Shown: piece after piece, positions 60,590-64,000 of the stretch | Numbering within the stretch: the first letter of the stretch is position 1 | Layout: each line of letters opens with the position of its first letter | Source of the DNA: Spirochaetia bacterium | Lineage (GTDB): Bacteria; Spirochaetota; Spirochaetia; UBA9216 | Assembly: GCA_963677925.2 (NCBI GenBank) | Contig: CAXXYH010000003.1 | Location: 288,001-352,000, forward strand | DNA: 64,000 nucleotides | Direction of reading: 5' to 3' | The notes under the pieces: model-generated | Databases searched by the model: none | What the model was told of the DNA's origin: nothing | The model's input: the letters and a program-made list of their open reading frames with translations, nothing else | Translations under genes and position numbers: made by a program

Positions 60590-61471
60590 TAATCCTGCAA
60601 GATAAATTACTACGGGAATAGTAAATATCCCCATTACTGTTGAAACAATCAGCATTGAACCGGCAAGTTCTGCATCTCTTCCATACCTGACCGGCAGTAC
60701 ATAGGTGAATATAGCAGAAGGTAAACTCATTGCAATGATAAACACAGTTTTCATTGTATCCTGAAGCCCCAAAACCAAAGCTCCGAGTAATCCGGCAATA
60801 AATCCGCCTAAAAATCTTAACAGCAAACCGAAAACCAAATGTCTGTTAAAAACCATTGGTTTTCCTGCAATGGAAGCCCCGACGATAAAAGCGGCGAGCG
60901 GCATAACCCCTGAACCGCTGAATTCAGCTGTTTTTATTATTATATCCGGAAGTCTGATATTAAATGCATTAAAGAGAAAGCCGGCAACAATTGCCCATAA
61001 GATCGGGGCTTTTACCATCTCTTTAAAGCTTTTTGCGTTAAATCCGCCTGTTACCATCATTAAACCAAGGCTGAAGATAAATATATTCTGAATCTGATCT
61101 ATAATCACTTCTACATTAACAGCATATGACCCGCCCCATAATGCCATCAGAGGAATTCCAAGAAATCCTGTATTCATAAAACAAATTGAAGGACCTAAAT
61201 CCGAAAAATCTGTTCTGGTGATTTTAGAATAGATTAATGAAAAAAAGGCCAGTAAAAAAAGTGAAAAAATTACTGCACCGAAGAGTTTTGCAGTATCCAT
61301 AAACACAATTTTTGATGTATAAAGAGAATGGAAGGCCATTGCAGGCAGAAAAAAATCTGTCAAAGCCCGGCTTAATGAAGCAGAATCTATTTTATGCAGC
61401 TTTGATATAAAATATCCTGCAGCTACCACGACTAAAAGTGGTAAAATTATAATAAAAATGCTAAAAATCAA
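60584..61471 (-). CDS. AEC (auxin efflux carrier) family transporter; probable TTG start
   Basis: About 10 TM; PAMAF, FMNTGFLGIP, PSA, VSTVMG..TIP; GAAGGGG RBS. Confidence 0.88.
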   Translation of the reverse strand: MIFSIFIIILPLLVVVAAGYFISKLHKIDSASLSRALTDFFLPAMAFHSLYTSKIVFMDTAKLFGAVIFSLFLLAFFSLIYSKITRTDFSDLGPSICFMNTGFLGIPLMALWGGSYAVNVEVIIDQIQNIFIFSLGLMMVTGGFNAKSFKEMVKAPILWAIVAGFLFNAFNIRLPDIIIKTAEFSGSGVMPLAAFIVGASIAGKPMVFNRHLVFGLLLRFLGGFIAGLLGALVLGLQDTMKTVFIIAMSLPSAIFTYVLPVRYGRDAELAGSMLIVSTVMGIFTIPVVIYLAGLL

Positions 61472-61489
61472 TGGTGTAACCCCTTCGTA

Positions 61490-61550
61490 ATGTTTAGGCA
61501 AACATTTTTAGTAATAAAATGTTGCCAATTCACAAAAAACCATTTATAAT
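61490..61550. promoter_or_regulatory. Candidate operator ATGTTTAGGCAAACAT (61490-61505) plus plus-strand promoter TTGCCA-N17-TATAAT (61522-61550)
   Basis: Palindrome matches 24010 and 2999; lies between divergent AEC and preTA. Confidence 0.6.
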
Positions 61551-61558
61551 TTATCTCT

Positions 61559-61693
61559 ATGGCAGAAAATTCATCAGTTTTCAAGGCAGAACCCCTAATA
61601 ATCTTGCCCGATGATAATATTTCTGAAACTTTAGCTCAACTTGCAAACGCAAATTTATACAATAAAATTAAATTAAAGGCAAAATATTTTTGA
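61559..61693 (+). CDS. Possible leaderless 44-aa small protein upstream of preT
   Basis: ATG 8 nt after TATAAT; 44 open codons in AT-rich DNA (MAENSSVFKAEPLIILPDD...KAKYF). Confidence 0.3.
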   Translation: MAENSSVFKAEPLIILPDDNISETLAQLANANLYNKIKLKAKYF

Positions 61694-61762
61694 AGCCGTA
61701 ATCAGCGGTGTAAATATTTTTATGCAGGCATTTGTCTGTAATTTCATTCAGGAGGGTGAATA

Positions 61763-63061
61763 ATGTCTAATAACAGCAAACAGGATATGCAGAAGCAGTA
61801 TCTGTGTGAAGAAGTACCCCCTTTTAACATTGCAACTGCAATGGAAGAGGCTTCACGCTGTCTTCTCTGTCTTGACGCACCATGTTCCCAGGATTGTCCG
61901 GCCGGAACAAACCCGGGAGACTTTATAAGATCTATAAGGTTCAGAAACTTCAAAGGTGCAGCGGAGATAATTCGAACCAACAATGTGCTAGGCGGAATCT
62001 GTGCAAGAGTCTGTCCATATGAAGTACTTTGTGAAAAAGCCTGTTCAAGAACAGGAATCGACAAACCTATACAGATAGGCAGACTTCAGAGGTTCGCTAC
62101 AGATTATGAAAAAGCAACCGGATTCAAGGCACTCGAAAAGGTCGATGCTACAAAAGACAAGGTAGCAATGATTGGTTCGGGACCGGCATCTCTGACATGT
62201 GCTGCAGAACTTGCACAAAAAGGTTATCGGGTAACCATTTTTGAAGAAAAAGCAATACCTGGCGGTGTTCTATCCTACGGAGTTGTTCCTGCAAGACTTC
62301 CTCAGTACATCGTTGATGAAGAAGTTCAGCTCATTAAAGATCTTGGCGTTGAAATCGTATGCAATACAAAGATCGGTAAAGATAAAACTATCGATCAGCT
62401 GAAAGCTGATGGTTTTAAAGCTTTTTTTATCGGAGCAGGTATCCAGGCTCCCAAATCACTTGATATTCCCGGTGTTGACCTTGATGGAGTAACAAATGCA
62501 GTAGAATATTTAGGTGCAGCTAAACCGTCTGAAGGCAATATAGAACCGGGTAACAAGGTTGTAGTACTCGGCGGAGGTGATGTTGCCATGGACTGTGCCA
62601 CAACTGCACGGCTGCTTGGTGCAGAAAAGGTAATGATTCTCTATAGAAGAACCAGAGAGGAAGCACCTGCACATAAAACCGAAATGAATTATGTTGAATC
62701 ACTTGGTGTTCATATGCATTACGGATTTACACCGGCAGAGATTATAGGAAAAGACGGGAAGGTTGTTGGTATCAAGGGAGAAGGCTTCAGAGATTCATCA
62801 AAAATCGAGCTTGAATGTGACAAAGTCATTTTTGCCATTGGTCAGGCACCTGATCCTTCAGTAAAGGACATCGCAGATATAAATTTCGGTCCTAAAAATA
62901 CAATAGTTGCAGACGAAAGCAAAGACTGCCGGACAAGTGTTCCGTACATCTTTGCAGGCGGCGATATAGTAAACGGCGGAAAAACAGTTGTTCAGGCTGT
63001 TGCCGTAGGTAAAGTTGCTGCCGAAAATATCGACAAATATCTCACAAAGGAGGCAAAGTAA
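61763..63061 (+). CDS. preT: NAD(P)-dependent dihydropyrimidine dehydrogenase subunit PreT
   Basis: [43 protein letters not shown]. Confidence 0.92.
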   Translation: MSNNSKQDMQKQYLCEEVPPFNIATAMEEASRCLLCLDAPCSQDCPAGTNPGDFIRSIRFRNFKGAAEIIRTNNVLGGICARVCPYEVLCEKACSRTGIDKPIQIGRLQRFATDYEKATGFKALEKVDATKDKVAMIGSGPASLTCAAELAQKGYRVTIFEEKAIPGGVLSYGVVPARLPQYIVDEEVQLIKDLGVEIVCNTKIGKDKTIDQLKADGFKAFFIGAGIQAPKSLDIPGVDLDGVTNAVEYLGAAKPSEGNIEPGNKVVVLGGGDVAMDCATTARLLGAEKVMILYRRTREEAPAHKTEMNYVESLGVHMHYGFTPAEIIGKDGKVVGIKGEGFRDSSKIELECDKVIFAIGQAPDPSVKDIADINFGPKNTIVADESKDCRTSVPYIFAGGDIVNGGKTVVQAVAVGKVAAENIDKYLTKEAK

Positions 63062-63063
63062 TC

Positions 63064-64000
63064 ATGGTAAAGAGAAAACATGCAGATTTATCAGTTGATT
63101 TTTGCGGATTTAAATGTGAAAACCCGTTCTTCCTTTCTTCTTCACCGGTAGCAGCCACCTATGAGATGTGCGCTAAATTCCTTGAAGCAGGCGGCGGCGG
63201 AGTTGTTTTTAAAACTATAGGAACTTACATTCCTGATGAATGTTCCCCGCGTTTTGACCATGTTAGAAAAGAAGGCGAACCATTTGTCGGCTTTAAAAAT
63301 ATGGAACAGATTTCAGATCATCCTTATGAGGAAAACCTTGAATTCCTTCGCAAACTTAAAAAAGACTTTCCTACCAAATGTCTTATTGTTTCAATAATGG
63401 GAATGAATGAAGATGACTGGACAAGACTTGCCAAGGATGTAACTGAAGCCGGCGCAGATATAATTGAATGTAACTATTCATGTCCTCAGATGACCCAGGA
63501 AAACATGGGTTCTGATGTAGGTGCTAATCTTGAGCTTATTGAAAGCTTTACCAAAGCTACCCTCAAAGGAACTAACCTTCCTGTTATGCTTAAGATGACC
63601 CCTAATATTGAAAAGATGGAAATTCCTGCAAGAGCCTCAATCGCAGCAGGCGGACATGCTATTGCAGCCATTAATACTATTAAATCAATCACAGGACTTG
63701 ATCTTGATAAATTAACCGGGCTTCCGGTTGTTAACGGAAAATCATCAATCTCAGGCTATTCAGGAAAAGCTGCAAAACCAATTGCCCTTAGATTCATAGC
63801 TCAGATGAAACAGGATGAAGTTCTAAAAGATATTCCTATCAGCGGAATCGGCGGAATTGAAACCTGGGAAGACTGTGCAGAATTCCTTCTTCTTGGATGT
63901 ACAAACCTGCAGTTCACAACTTCTGTTATGCAGTACGGATTCAGGATTGTTGAAGACATGATCAGCGGTCTTTCAATCTGGATGGAAGAGAAAGGATTTA
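63064..64000 (+). CDS. preA: Dihydropyrimidine dehydrogenase subunit PreA, truncated at the window end and absent from the ORF track
   Basis: Translated by hand: [51 protein letters not shown]. Confidence 0.93.
   Translation, partial: MVKRKHADLSVDFCGFKCENPFFLSSSPVAATYEMCAKFLEAGGGGVVFKTIGTYIPDECSPRFDHVRKEGEPFVGFKNMEQISDHPYEENLEFLRKLKKDFPTKCLIVSIMGMNEDDWTRLAKDVTEAGADIIECNYSCPQMTQENMGSDVGANLELIESFTKATLKGTNLPVMLKMTPNIEKMEIPARASIAAGGHAIAAINTIKSITGLDLDKLTGLPVVNGKSSISGYSGKAAKPIALRFIAQMKQDEVLKDIPISGIGGIETWEDCAEFLLLGCTNLQFTTSVMQYGFRIVEDMISGLSIWMEEKGF

Noticed and set aside
61490-61660. GGCAAAC...CGCAAA resembling a c-di-GMP-I riboswitch
   Set aside because: No GNRA-capped stem or correctly spaced second hairpin; better explained by the shared palindrome

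Overview
A gene-dense chromosomal window from an anaerobic bacterium. The gene style (lipoprotein signal peptides, FecR/CHASE2 module) suggests Spirochaetaceae, but that is inference. No rRNA, tRNA, CRISPR array, transposase or prophage gene was recognised. Contents: lipB-lipA; a dispersed reductive pyrimidine-degradation set (hydA, a carbamoyl hydrolase, preTA) that shares a candidate palindromic operator; a 14-kb ygeW/ygeY/ssnA purine-degradation operon with two xanthine-dehydrogenase-family trimers and apparent stand-ins for YgeX and YgfK; gdhA next to a receiver/ATP-grasp fusion; a FecR/beta-barrel/CHASE2 cyclase module; a tupABC-moeA-moeA-moaA-moaC-MOSC-mog operon behind a Moco/Tuco-type RNA; and a CsgG-like protein paired with a lipoprotein. 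The best candidate for an undescribed system is panB-folD-fhs divergent from ackA-like kinase/ThnT-like hydrolase/panE, next to a Liv-type ABC importer and with no panC. It reads as an anaerobic pantothenate/pantetheine catabolic pathway or, alternatively, a PanC-independent pantothenate synthesis route. All functional calls rest on motif recognition by eye; no database search was run.
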